The notes beneath the pieces were generated by a model. That model ran no database searches, had not been told where the DNA came from, and was given only the letters and a program-made list of their open reading frames with translations. From Enterococcus phage 163, in sequence record CAJDKA010000002.1: 24,000 nt of DNA; one strand, 5' to 3'. Positions 1 to 9,525 of this stretch are shown here, piece after piece; the stretch's first letter is position 1; each line of letters starts with the position of its first letter. The translations under genes were made by a program, and so were the position numbers.

Positions 1-1088
1 GTAACGCCATATTGTCAAGGTCATCTACATCCCATAAAGATGTCATAATTCTTCGTGAGCTTGGGTTATTTTTAAGCTGATGTAAAACATATTCAACTTG
101 GTTTAACAAAACCCCATTTACTTTTATCTTACGATGACTTAGTTGAAATCCATATGCCTTCCCTAAAGTTCCTTCTAGTAAAGATAATCTAGCAAGTTTG
201 TCCTCTGGTACTGCAATGCTCTTAAAAACATATCCATTAAACCTACGGTTATTGCCCTTACAACCATTTAATTTTTCACCTTTATTTATGAATCGGTGTA
301 CAGTACTTGTTGGGATACCCAGTTTATCACTGACAGCACGTATTCCTAAAAATGTAGTGGAATTTCCATTACTATCAGTAACTTCAATTGGGTATACTGA
401 TTCTTGATATAGTACATTTTCTGCTTGGGGTAACCAAATGCAAGTATCTTTGCTGTATATAGCATCCCCATAATAGTCTTTATCTAAAACGAAGTTATTC
501 CAATCAGTTAATTTATAACAAAAATTTGGTAGGTTTTTTACATCTTTAACAAAATTGTTTACGTCCCACCAATCAGGGTGTACTTGAACACCTTTGTTTC
601 GATAAAATCTAGCTTTTCTCCCACTTTTAGCATAAACTCTTGTCATCATAGATTTCCAATGTTTTGCTAGTTTTTTATCTAATGGTTCCCTACTAACAAG
701 TGTACCATTCACCTGTGGCTCCCCGTATACAGTAGTTGTATTCTTTTTATCAACAAACACTATATCCCGCTCGTCCGTATAATAATTAGCAGGTACAGTC
801 CAACTGTCCCAAATAGTAACTCCTCGTTCCTGTAACCACTTGACATCGTTAGACATTGCTTGCCAAATCCATTCTAACTCTGTAAACGCCCACTTAGACC
901 CTACAAACTTACTTTTAAGAATTGGTAGCCCCATGTCTGGTGTAATTTTAAAGCTTACACCTTCAATTGCATACGCAGGAGCAGGTTCTCCATCTTCATA
1001 ATGTGCTCGTACCTCATCGGGGTTTTGCAAAATACCTTTTTCTTTAATAGCCAACACAAGGTCAGCGTAAATCTTATCAAAACTCATG
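1..1088 (-). CDS. thyA: Thymidylate synthase, C-terminus off the left edge, with a large in-frame insertion (about 173..796)
   Basis: Minus-strand frame starting ATG at 1088 reads MSFDKIYADLVLAIKEKG...SFKITPDMGLPILKSKFVGSKWAFTELEWIWQ...GVTIWDSWT and later GTLGKAYGFQLSH...LLNQVEYVLHQLKNNPSSRRIMTSLWDVDDLDNMAL, which are thymidylate synthase motifs. Not in the ORF track, presumably because no stop lies in the window. Confidence 0.85.
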
Positions 1089-1102
1089 TATATTCTCCTT
1101 CT

Positions 1103-1732
1103 CTATGTTCGTCTAACTATATTGATAGAATCTGTGTACCCTTTTCTGCGTACCCAATCTGTGTAGCTATTGTGCTCTTCTTGCGCAATTGCTTTTAAAG
1201 AACCATACCACTTCTTGACTTCTTCCCGTTTTTTACGTTTGAATACTAATGGTTTGTTTTTGTCTATGACGTCGATAATCTTGTTTACCCCGCCAGTATT
1301 ACCTATAAGCATTAATCGTGAAATAGTAGGTTTTGGAGGAAATAACTTTTTGCATCCCTTACACAGCTCCTCCGGCTCTTTTTTCCTATTTAGCACACTC
1401 AAATCTGGTAGGGTTCTACCACAACGTATGCACTCAGTTCCATAATTAAGTTCATAGTAGTTTACACCCTTACGAGGTGACTTTGGTGTAAGCCTCAATT
1501 TAGTTTGAGTTATTTTAACTCTTTTTCTTAGTACTATTTTGTTTTTCTTAACCTTAACACCAACTGGGTCATTACCATCAAAATTAAAAGAAAAACTAAT
1601 TGTTCCAGAAGGGTTAATTACCGGAGTAACTACATTGCGTTCTTCTCGGTCTGCTAACACCCGAACATCTGTTATACGTTTACGTCTTTTCTTTGTGAAT
1701 AAACGTCCTCGTGTGTAGTCTATACCTTGCAT
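1103..1732 (-). CDS. Hypothetical protein with a Cys4 zinc-finger-like motif (CIRCG...CKGCKK)
   Basis: ORF track; CxxC...CxxC spacing. Confidence 0.7.
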   Translation of the reverse strand: MQGIDYTRGRLFTKKRRKRITDVRVLADREERNVVTPVINPSGTISFSFNFDGNDPVGVKVKKNKIVLRKRVKITQTKLRLTPKSPRKGVNYYELNYGTECIRCGRTLPDLSVLNRKKEPEELCKGCKKLFPPKPTISRLMLIGNTGGVNKIIDVIDKNKPLVFKRKKREEVKKWYGSLKAIAQEEHNSYTDWVRRKGYTDSINIVRRT

Positions 1733-1733
1733 A

Positions 1734-2489
1734 TTACAAACCTAGCCATGAACGCACTTTACTGAAAGGAGGTTTCTTTTCAGGTTCCTTGTACTCAGAA
1801 TTTGTACGTTTTAATTTATCATTGTAATTATCTGCAAGTGTTAGCAGTTCATCAGGGTTCACTGTTTCACAATAAAAAGCAATCTCTTCCCCAGTTAGCT
1901 CTCTATTTTCTTCAATCAATTTATCAAGAGTCAAATCACAATACTCGTCTTCCCAGTCAGCTAAGAAATACATACGCTCCATGACATAATCTGATGTCTC
2001 ATCTAGGAATACACCGAATAGAATTGGGTCTTTATCTCGATTATCTTTTGCTACTTGTTGACCTACTTCATCTGTATAGTCTGTAAACATGACAACCAGA
2101 CGGTCAAATTTATCTTGTACACGTTCAATTACAGGAACAACCTCATCCGGTATTTCACGAGGAAAATCTTTAAGGTCAGCTAGTTTAACTGTGCGATTTT
2201 CTACGTTTTCAATAAAATTCTCAACGTCTTCTGAGTATACAAAGGTTGTAATACCCATATCACGAATTTCTTTTTCTAGTTGAATCGTTCGAATGTGGTG
2301 ACGTAGCAATGATATTTGTCGGTCTTGCTTCGTTTTAATTGCTTTCTCTAGCATACGTAGTGCATTTGCGTAATAACGGTCTAGGTCAGCATCTTGGTTT
2401 TCTTTTTTACTTTGTTTCACCCGTTCGAAAAATTCTGTTGGTGAAAGTTCCTCTACTGATTTAGTTGTTAAGTTTTCAGTCATGATATT
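1734..2489 (-). CDS. Hypothetical phage protein (likely start MTENLTTKS at about 2489; longer ORF to 2552)
   Basis: ORF track; an AGGAGG-like Shine-Dalgarno (aggaggaaatatcATG) precedes the internal Met. Confidence 0.7.
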   Translation of the reverse strand, partial: NIMTENLTTKSVEELSPTEFFERVKQSKKENQDADLDRYYANALRMLEKAIKTKQDRQISLLRHHIRTIQLEKEIRDMGITTFVYSEDVENFIENVENRTVKLADLKDFPREIPDEVVPVIERVQDKFDRLVVMFTDYTDEVGQQVAKDNRDKDPILFGVFLDETSDYVMERMYFLADWEDEYCDLTLDKLIEENRELTGEEIAFYCETVNPDELLTLADNYNDKLKRTNSEYKEPEKKPPFSKVRSWLGL

Positions 2490-2556
2490 TCCTCCTAAAA
2501 AAATATTCCTTACAGTAAGTAATATATCATCTGTAAGGAATAAAGTCAACACTGTA

Positions 2557-3024
2557 TTAGAAAATTGTTGTAAACATGTTGCTATGGTCTAGGGCTAATG
2601 TTGCATCTCCTGTAATTCTACCATCACGATACAAGATAATTGTAGTATCATCAGTAGAAAGGTCTACTTTTGCTTCGTGAGAAGTAGCAACAAACCATAC
2701 ATAATCACTGTCTGTTTCATCTTTTTTACGTTCAGCATCTTGTTTCATTTGAGCAACGTAAAACTGAGCTACATTATGTCCTGATGGGTCTCTAGAAGGT
2801 TCTCCGAAGATGGTTGACGCACTAATTGATTCTTCTTGACCATCTAAACCAAGCTCCTCTAAAACACTGTGTGCAGTCATTTCAGGTGTATCCGTAGCTC
2901 CCAAGAAAGCATTAGGTATTTCATATACCCCTTCTTGAACTCGGTGTAGCAAAACCATACCTCCTGTTTCGGGACGGTATCTTAATGGTAATAATGTAAT
3001 GTTAAATCCTACTTTTTCAATCAT
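2557..3024 (-). CDS. Nudix-like hydrolase
   Basis: Protein contains GVYEIPNAFLGATDTPEMTAHSVLEELGLD, a degenerate Nudix-box-like segment. Confidence 0.5.
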   Translation of the reverse strand: MIEKVGFNITLLPLRYRPETGGMVLLHRVQEGVYEIPNAFLGATDTPEMTAHSVLEELGLDGQEESISASTIFGEPSRDPSGHNVAQFYVAQMKQDAERKKDETDSDYVWFVATSHEAKVDLSTDDTTIILYRDGRITGDATLALDHSNMFTTIF

Positions 3025-3115
3025 GTTAATTCCTCCATTTATTCAATAACTTTTTGTTTATTTAATTTTCCACTTTCCATTAGCTAGTGGAATATTGTCC
3101 ATAAATGCTTTCATA

Positions 3116-3427
3116 TTATTTCTCCTCCTTTGTTTTTGCCCAAGAAATTATAACTACTCTTACCGGTTCCCCATTGATGTAACTATGCGTTTTAGCATTT
3201 ACTGTAAAGCCTCTTTCTGTCAAAACCTCTGACAGAACTTGCTCCTGACTATAAAACATCTTCCACGCTAACGCATTTTTATTTGAAGCTAAAATTAATT
3301 CTCTACTGTGTGGGGCTTGTTCTTTGATTAAACGCAAGATATGGTTAAGCTCTTTTATATAATTTTCTTCTGTATACAGCTTTCTAGCACTTTCAGCATT
3401 AAACTGCTCTAGTTCTTTTTCATTCAT
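3116..3427 (-). CDS. Hypothetical protein
   Basis: ORF track. Confidence 0.6.
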   Translation of the reverse strand: MNEKELEQFNAESARKLYTEENYIKELNHILRLIKEQAPHSRELILASNKNALAWKMFYSQEQVLSEVLTERGFTVNAKTHSYINGEPVRVVIISWAKTKEEK

Positions 3428-3511
3428 TTTATTTCCCCCTTTTAGGTAGTTTTTACTATAATTAATTATATCAAACTTTATAGTATAGTCAACAATTTTT
3501 CATGAAATTTT

Positions 3512-3874
3512 TCAACGATTAAACTGTTTATAAATTTCTCTCCAATTGACTTGTTCAGTAGTATGTCCCTTATCGTCAATATACACGTCAGCTCCAAGCT
3601 TACGACTATTATTTCCATAGGACTCCATCAAATCAGGGTGGTTCTCATTGATATAATGGTAGTTCACGCCACAGTCGGATAAAAATTGTTTTGCTTGCTC
3701 TAACTCTCTTCCTTCACGACATGTCCAAATAAGAATTTGTTTTCCAGATTTATACAGGCTATTAATCACTTCTTTTGCATGAGGTTTTAACCCTATAATG
3801 TTTGGGAACTCTGTTCTAACAATAGTGTCATCAAAGTCGATAGCTATGTATTTACACTTCGATAAGTCTTTCAT
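3512..3874 (-). CDS. HAD-superfamily phosphatase / putative 5'-nucleotidase
   Basis: N-terminal YIAIDFDDTIV (DxDxT/V) and IWTCREG motifs. Confidence 0.75.
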   Translation of the reverse strand: MKDLSKCKYIAIDFDDTIVRTEFPNIIGLKPHAKEVINSLYKSGKQILIWTCREGRELEQAKQFLSDCGVNYHYINENHPDLMESYGNNSRKLGADVYIDDKGHTTEQVNWREIYKQFNR

Positions 3875-3967
3875 CTAATTCTCCTTTCAAATAAAAAGGT
3901 ATACTCCTCTTTGTTACAAGAAGAAGTATACCTTACGAGTATCGTTAAGTCAACACTATCTTACAAA

Positions 3968-4207
3968 TTAATTGTAAGATTTTTTAATTTCTTTGATTTT
4001 ACCAATTTGTACTCCAGTAAAACTAATACCTGTAGATGTCTCTACATAAGGTAAAGATGTCACAGATTTGTTAACTAGGTACTCTCTGGCTGTTGGGTCT
4101 TCATCAATGTTTCGTTCTTCAAAGAGAATTTTCTCCCCTTCAAGCATACGTTTCACGAATGTACACTGACCACAACCATTTTTTGAGTAGACTGTTACTT
4201 TAGGCAT
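3968..4207 (-). CDS. Glutaredoxin-like / NrdH-type thiol redoxin
   Basis: TVYSKNGCGQCTFVKRML...SLPYVE: thioredoxin-fold CxxC motif and cis-Pro region. Confidence 0.85.
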   Translation of the reverse strand: MPKVTVYSKNGCGQCTFVKRMLEGEKILFEERNIDEDPTAREYLVNKSVTSLPYVETSTGISFTGVQIGKIKEIKKSYN

Positions 4208-4964
4208 GAGGAGCCTCCTTTTTAAACCATTTAGAGTTTGTAAATGCTAATACGTCATTTGCTAGATATAACATGTAAGTTAGCATTAGTACATAAACCG
4301 CATGTCCATGTAAAGCTGTTTGAATCCATAGAGCTACTGACATTAGACCTTGGAAAGTCCAGAAGTAATATTGTGCTCTAAAGCCTTTCACACACAGTAC
4401 AGCTCCAACTAAACCAATCATTGCACTTGTTGCATCTAAGAAAGCCTGCGGTGAATGTAAAACAACCGTATCTAATAAGTATAAAGCAACCCAGAAAACA
4501 ACAATAAGACCTAATGTTTTAAGCATGTGTACAGGTTGCATTTTACGAGGTTTCAAACCCTCATTCCATTGTTTAGAGAAGATGATAGGAATATCTAACA
4601 AAACAATATAAGCAGTTTGCATAATAATATCACTGTAGTTACCTGTTACAGTTGCTACACCGATTAATAAAATAGCAGAAATAAATCCTAAAATACCATT
4701 AATTGATTTACCCATTGTAATTGTTACAGTACATGTAAATCCAATAATTCCTGCAATTGTAGCAGTAAACCCTGTCATTGTTAACCCTTGACCTTGTAGC
4801 ATAGGTAGAATAATACCGGTGAATACTTGGACTGCCATTCCGACAAACCATAATACACGAGCTGATTTGTTCCAACCAGTTAAACCATCTTTATAATATT
4901 CGTAAGTGAATAATTTTTCAATATTTTCTTTGTTATCTTTCCAAAACTTTTTTAACTTGTCCAT
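4200..4964 (-). CDS. pnuC: PnuC-like nicotinamide riboside transporter
   Basis: Multi-TM protein with PnuC-like motifs (GFTCTVTITMGKSINGILG, FWTFQGLMSVALWIQTALHGHAVYVLMLTYMLYLANDVLAF). Confidence 0.75.
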   Translation of the reverse strand: MDKLKKFWKDNKENIEKLFTYEYYKDGLTGWNKSARVLWFVGMAVQVFTGIILPMLQGQGLTMTGFTATIAGIIGFTCTVTITMGKSINGILGFISAILLIGVATVTGNYSDIIMQTAYIVLLDIPIIFSKQWNEGLKPRKMQPVHMLKTLGLIVVFWVALYLLDTVVLHSPQAFLDATSAMIGLVGAVLCVKGFRAQYYFWTFQGLMSVALWIQTALHGHAVYVLMLTYMLYLANDVLAFTNSKWFKKEAPHA

Positions 4965-4981
4965 TTGTTATTTTTCCTCCA

Positions 4982-5803
4982 TTAAATAGCTTTCTCTAGT
5001 GTGTATAAGTCTTGATTGTCAGTAAACTTGCTTAATTCATGGAAAGGTAGTTTACCCTCTAATCTATTGTATAGCTTCAATGCAACTTGTGTAGCGTGGT
5101 CTTTACACCAAGGTAAGCCATTTAACTCACATAAACATTTAACCGTATCTACAGTAGATAGTGCCCCGACTTCACACAACTTACTCAAAATAATTGTTAA
5201 CAAGTAAACACGGTCTCCTTTATCATTCACAAAGTCTTTATCTGTTACATCTAAAACAATTTTAGGGAATCCCATGTCTTTTTGTAACCAATTTTGATAG
5301 TTCTCATGATGGCGTTTAAAGTATTCGTATAATTCAGTACCCTCTTCTACTTTCTCAAACTCACGGGCACGTGCATTGATTCGTTTGATTTCTTCTTCAA
5401 AAGAACAATTTAATACAATCATTAAATCGGGAGTCTTTTTAGGTAATGGTTCTAATTCTTTTAACATACGATTAAGCAATCGGTGATAAACTCCCTGTTC
5501 CATTTCTGTGACATGACCCTCTTGTACTAGTTGGTCTAAGAAGATACTGTCTTCAAAAATAGAACGGTCTAAAATACCGTTATCTACACTCATAGCTTCT
5601 TGAATCATTTCGAAGCGTTTAGACAACATATCTATTTGGAAAAGTAGTCCATACTTTGCTTTATCTTGGTAGAACAATTCAAGCATTGGATTTTCCTCTA
5701 CCGGTTCATAAACTGCTTTTGTATTTAAAAGATTTGCTAATATTTCTGTCATTGATGATTTACCTACACCAATAACTCCGGCTAATGTAATTATCATAAC
5801 CAT
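4982..5803 (-). CDS. Deoxynucleoside kinase (dAK/dGK family)
   Basis: IITLAGVIGVGKSSMTEILA P-loop, EPVEENPMLELFYQD, GILDRSIFEDSIF (DRS), LMIVLNCSFEEEIKRI. Confidence 0.85.
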   Translation of the reverse strand: MVMIITLAGVIGVGKSSMTEILANLLNTKAVYEPVEENPMLELFYQDKAKYGLLFQIDMLSKRFEMIQEAMSVDNGILDRSIFEDSIFLDQLVQEGHVTEMEQGVYHRLLNRMLKELEPLPKKTPDLMIVLNCSFEEEIKRINARAREFEKVEEGTELYEYFKRHHENYQNWLQKDMGFPKIVLDVTDKDFVNDKGDRVYLLTIILSKLCEVGALSTVDTVKCLCELNGLPWCKDHATQVALKLYNRLEGKLPFHELSKFTDNQDLYTLEKAI

Positions 5804-5866
5804 CTCCTCTAACTTTTTCTTATTTTTGACAATATTAAGAGCCTGACTAGCAGGCTCTAATAAACC

Positions 5867-6865
5867 TTACATATGTTTCACACGTGCATCTATTTCTTTT
5901 TTACGTCCGTGTGCATTAGGACGAGCTTGTGGTTGACCTATAAAATCAAGAACAAGTCTACGAGTATCTTCCCAGTTTGTGTTATCAAGACGTAAAAGTG
6001 GTATGTTGTTTTCCAAGCAGTAATTCGTCTTTACAGTATCTCGATATACACTATCTAGGTACTCATCTTCATTTGAATAAAATATAGAACTAGGGTTACT
6101 ATGCTGTTTACCATCGTATTCAATTATTGCTAGTACATTCTCATTTTCATCCACTAAGGAAAAATCAAACATTAAACCTCTAATACCATTTTTAGGGTTA
6201 ACAATTCTTGGGTATTGATACCTGTAATTGACATTAGCTTCTGTAAGTATACGGTTTACCATAGTCTCTCCGGAAGACATTCCACAATGAGTGCAGTAGC
6301 CACCTCTTGTAGAAAAATCATACGGAGAAACTTTTGATATTGAACCGCACTTCGTATGTTCTATTTCTATCGGCATCTTAGAGCGCTTGTAAGTGCCTAA
6401 CACAACATACTCCCCATTGTAATCTTCAATAAGCTTGTAAAAGGCTTTTTTAACCCAAGGGGTGTTACTAAAACAATTAGGACATTTAGTACCCATAGTT
6501 ATTGGTAAGTCCGCTCTTGTTGAGTAAACAGTTCCACAAGATATATGTCTAACCGTTATGTCCTCTTTGTTAGTTTTATACTCACTTAATAACTCATAGT
6601 CACTACCCATAATTTCCATAAACTGTTTTCTATAGGATTCTGGGCTTTTTCTTCTTGACGTATCTTTGTAACAATGTCTGCAAGTAAAACCATACTTGTA
6701 AATGTTGCTTGGTGTTCTCTCAATAATATTGCCACAGCTATGTTCAATACCCACTTTTTCTCTAGTACTAACATAGGGTCTTACTATTGAGTACTCACCG
6801 TTAGTATTGTTTTCATCAAAATAGTCCAAGAATTTTTGTTTACTTTTCTCAATATTTTTTGTCAT
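5867..6865 (-). CDS. Putative homing endonuclease (zinc-binding repeats + Vsr/PD-(D/E)XK-like nuclease domain) ending in a NrdD-like C-terminal tail
   Basis: Start MTKNIEKSK at 6865 preceded by aggaggttgtgaacATG. Repeated CG..C..C knuckles; AIIEYDGKQH...RDTVKTNYCLENNIPLLRLD resembles Vsr-like/EDxHD nucleases; C-terminus GQPQARPNAHGRKKEIDARVKHM mirrors NrdD. Confidence 0.7.
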   Translation of the reverse strand: MTKNIEKSKQKFLDYFDENNTNGEYSIVRPYVSTREKVGIEHSCGNIIERTPSNIYKYGFTCRHCYKDTSRRKSPESYRKQFMEIMGSDYELLSEYKTNKEDITVRHISCGTVYSTRADLPITMGTKCPNCFSNTPWVKKAFYKLIEDYNGEYVVLGTYKRSKMPIEIEHTKCGSISKVSPYDFSTRGGYCTHCGMSSGETMVNRILTEANVNYRYQYPRIVNPKNGIRGLMFDFSLVDENENVLAIIEYDGKQHSNPSSIFYSNEDEYLDSVYRDTVKTNYCLENNIPLLRLDNTNWEDTRRLVLDFIGQPQARPNAHGRKKEIDARVKHM

Positions 6866-6922
6866 GTTCACAACCTCCTGTACATAAATAATATAGCACA
6901 AGACGTTGTGAACCGACAGCGA

Positions 6923-9094
6923 CTACATATGTTTTGCTCTGTGGTCGATTTCTACTTTTCTTCCGTGTGGCATAGGTCTAGCTTGTGGATTTCCGAGATA
7001 GCCACATGTTCGTTTAACGACATCGCATGTTGCGGGGTCATTATTCCCACATTGTGGACATTCGTAGCCATCTGATGTGGGGTTAAACTCTCCGTCAAAA
7101 CCACATTCATGACATTTATCAATCGGGGTGTTTGTTCCTAAGTAACCAACTTTATCATAGCTGTAGTCCCAAACAGCTTCTAACGCCTTAAGGTTATGAA
7201 CTAGTTTAGGATACTCTACATAGTGAATAAAACCACCAGAAGCATATTTTGGAAACTCTTTCTCAAAGTCAATCTTTTCAAAAGGTGTTGGAGCTTTACG
7301 AACATCATAGTGGAAACTATTTGTATAGTATTCTTTGTCTGTAATGTTCTCGATGATTCCATATTTTTCTGTGTCCATACGACAGAATCTATCGGTTAGA
7401 CTTTCACTTGGTGTTGAGTAGATAGAGAACCAGATGCCTGTCTCTTTTGTCCATTCATCCTTTTTATCATAAAGCTTACGTAGAACGTCTAAAGCAAACT
7501 CTTTTGCTTCTTCATGTCTTGGGTCTGTTTTATCTTGCCAGTCACCACCATAGAACATGCTAGCAACCTCGTACAGTCCGATATAGCCCATAGAAACCGT
7601 TGCACGGTTATTTATGAACAATTGTTTTACATCGTCATCATCGGTTAAATTAGCCCCAAAAGCACCATGTTTGTACAAGATAGGAGCATTCTTTGGCTGA
7701 GCTTCGTAAGTGCGTTCAATACGGTATACCAACGCATCATGTAATACTTTAGCTCGTTCTTCAAAAATTTCCCAAAAGACTTCTTTGTTCCCTTCTGACT
7801 CAATAGCAATACGTGGTAAGTTAAGGGTTACTACTCCTAAATTCATACGACCAGAGTTTACTTCGTTTCCATGTTCATCTTTCCATCCTTGTAAAAATGA
7901 ACGACAGCCCATAGGACATTTGAATGAACCTGTTAGCTCAACAATTTTATCGTAGTTCAAAATGTCAGGGTACATACGTTTAGCTGAACATTCCAACGCT
8001 AACTGTTTTACTTCATAGTTTGGGTCTTCTGGTTTACGGTTAACTCCGTCTTTAATAGTGAACAATAGTTTAGGGAAGATTGCCGTACGTCCTTCTGTGC
8101 CTAGACCTTGGATACGTACTTTAAAAATAGCTTTTTGGATTTCTCTTTCCCAACGACCTGTACCTAAACCAAAGCCAATAGACGTGAAAGGAGTTTGACC
8201 ATTCGATGTAAATAACGTATTGATTTCATACTCTAGGCTTTGCATTGCATCGTAAATATCTTTGTTTGTTTTCTCGATTGCATATGTTTCTGGTTCAGGA
8301 ATACGGTAACGTTTAGCATCCGCCATATGTTTTTGGTAATTCATTTCAGCATAAGGTGCTAATACTTCATCAATGCGGTCAAACGAACAACCACCATATT
8401 GACTGGAAGCCACATTCGCAATAATTTGTGCTGTTTGTGCTGTAGCTGTTTGAATGGAATGAGGTGAACCGATTTCTGCATTACCCATTTTAAACCCGTT
8501 CTTCAACATATATTCAAAGTCAATCAAACAACAATTAGTCATTGGACGGTAAGGTTGGTAGTCTAAATCGTGATAATGAATATCTCCACGTAAATGTGCA
8601 TTAGCTACATGTGGAGGAAGCATTTTCAGCCCTTCAACTTTGTTAACTGTACCTGCTGTAAGGTCTCGTTCTGTTGCAAAGGTATTTGAGTCCTTATTTG
8701 CATTCTCATTGACAATAGTTTTGTCCTTCTCTTGTAGCTTACGTAATCTTACATTAATATCTGTATCACCTGCACGTTCAGCATCACGTAAAGAACGAAA
8801 CTCAATATAGTTTCTAGCTACGTTTTTAGCAAAAGATTTCATTAACTCCTGCTCTACAATACTTTGGAGTTTTGCAATATCAACACGTCCTGTATCGCTG
8901 TAATGCTTCATTACAAAGCGTTTAACACGTTCAGCTATAATCTCTCCTAAATCTGTTTTAGCGCCCGTAGCATCCTTCTCAGCTCGTCCTACGGCACGTA
9001 CAATCCTTCCTTCATTAAACTTGACAGTTCTTCCGTCTCGTTTAACTACAAAAATCTGTTTTGTCTTAACATCTACATCTTGTGTTGCTTGCAC
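6923..9094 (-). CDS. nrdD: Anaerobic (class III) ribonucleoside-triphosphate reductase large subunit
   Basis: 723 aa; Zn site CHECGF...CPQCGN and C-terminal glycyl radical motif RTCGYLG; N-terminal ATP-cone (FVVKRDGRTVKFNEGRIVRAVGRA). Confidence 0.95.
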   Translation of the reverse strand: MQATQDVDVKTKQIFVVKRDGRTVKFNEGRIVRAVGRAEKDATGAKTDLGEIIAERVKRFVMKHYSDTGRVDIAKLQSIVEQELMKSFAKNVARNYIEFRSLRDAERAGDTDINVRLRKLQEKDKTIVNENANKDSNTFATERDLTAGTVNKVEGLKMLPPHVANAHLRGDIHYHDLDYQPYRPMTNCCLIDFEYMLKNGFKMGNAEIGSPHSIQTATAQTAQIIANVASSQYGGCSFDRIDEVLAPYAEMNYQKHMADAKRYRIPEPETYAIEKTNKDIYDAMQSLEYEINTLFTSNGQTPFTSIGFGLGTGRWEREIQKAIFKVRIQGLGTEGRTAIFPKLLFTIKDGVNRKPEDPNYEVKQLALECSAKRMYPDILNYDKIVELTGSFKCPMGCRSFLQGWKDEHGNEVNSGRMNLGVVTLNLPRIAIESEGNKEVFWEIFEERAKVLHDALVYRIERTYEAQPKNAPILYKHGAFGANLTDDDDVKQLFINNRATVSMGYIGLYEVASMFYGGDWQDKTDPRHEEAKEFALDVLRKLYDKKDEWTKETGIWFSIYSTPSESLTDRFCRMDTEKYGIIENITDKEYYTNSFHYDVRKAPTPFEKIDFEKEFPKYASGGFIHYVEYPKLVHNLKALEAVWDYSYDKVGYLGTNTPIDKCHECGFDGEFNPTSDGYECPQCGNNDPATCDVVKRTCGYLGNPQARPMPHGRKVEIDHRAKHM

Positions 9095-9244
9095 TCAAAG
9101 TTCCACCTTTCTTACAATATCTAGTATACTTAGTATAGCATAACAATACTTACAGTGCAAGATGTAATTGCCAACAAAAAATAAAAGACTACAAACTAAG
9201 TTGTAGCCTTTTTCAACAAATATTACAAATTGATTAATTTTTTC

Positions 9245-9514
9245 TCAGATTAGTTCACCTAAGAAATCCTCACCATCATCTGGTTTCTTGTTCTTATACT
9301 CGTCTGTTTTAAGCATTAAATACTTATTACCAGTTTCTACCTGTAATCTCTCAAATGCTCTACGGTACTCTTCGGCACTAGATGTAGCATCTAGTAAGAA
9401 CTTAGCATTAAGAATAGCTAACACTGCTAGTAAGTCTTCTCTACTACCAGACATCTGTACCTTGACTGTACCATCCTCAGTTGTATAAGCTCCGATTTTA
9501 TTCTTAATTGCCAC
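9245..9514 (-). CDS. Hypothetical protein
   Basis: ORF track. Confidence 0.6.
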   Translation of the reverse strand: MAIKNKIGAYTTEDGTVKVQMSGSREDLLAVLAILNAKFLLDATSSAEEYRRAFERLQVETGNKYLMLKTDEYKNKKPDDGEDFLGELI

Positions 9515-9525
9515 AGTTACACCTC

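Noticed and set aside
5867-6990. The repeated NrdD tail as a GrcA/YfiD-like spare glycyl radical domain
   Set aside because: The radical Gly aligns with Asp in the copy and the rest of the protein is nuclease-like.
6923-9094. Intein or intron within nrdD
   Set aside because: The 723-aa frame is collinear with class III RNR motifs to the C-terminus, with no intein motifs seen.
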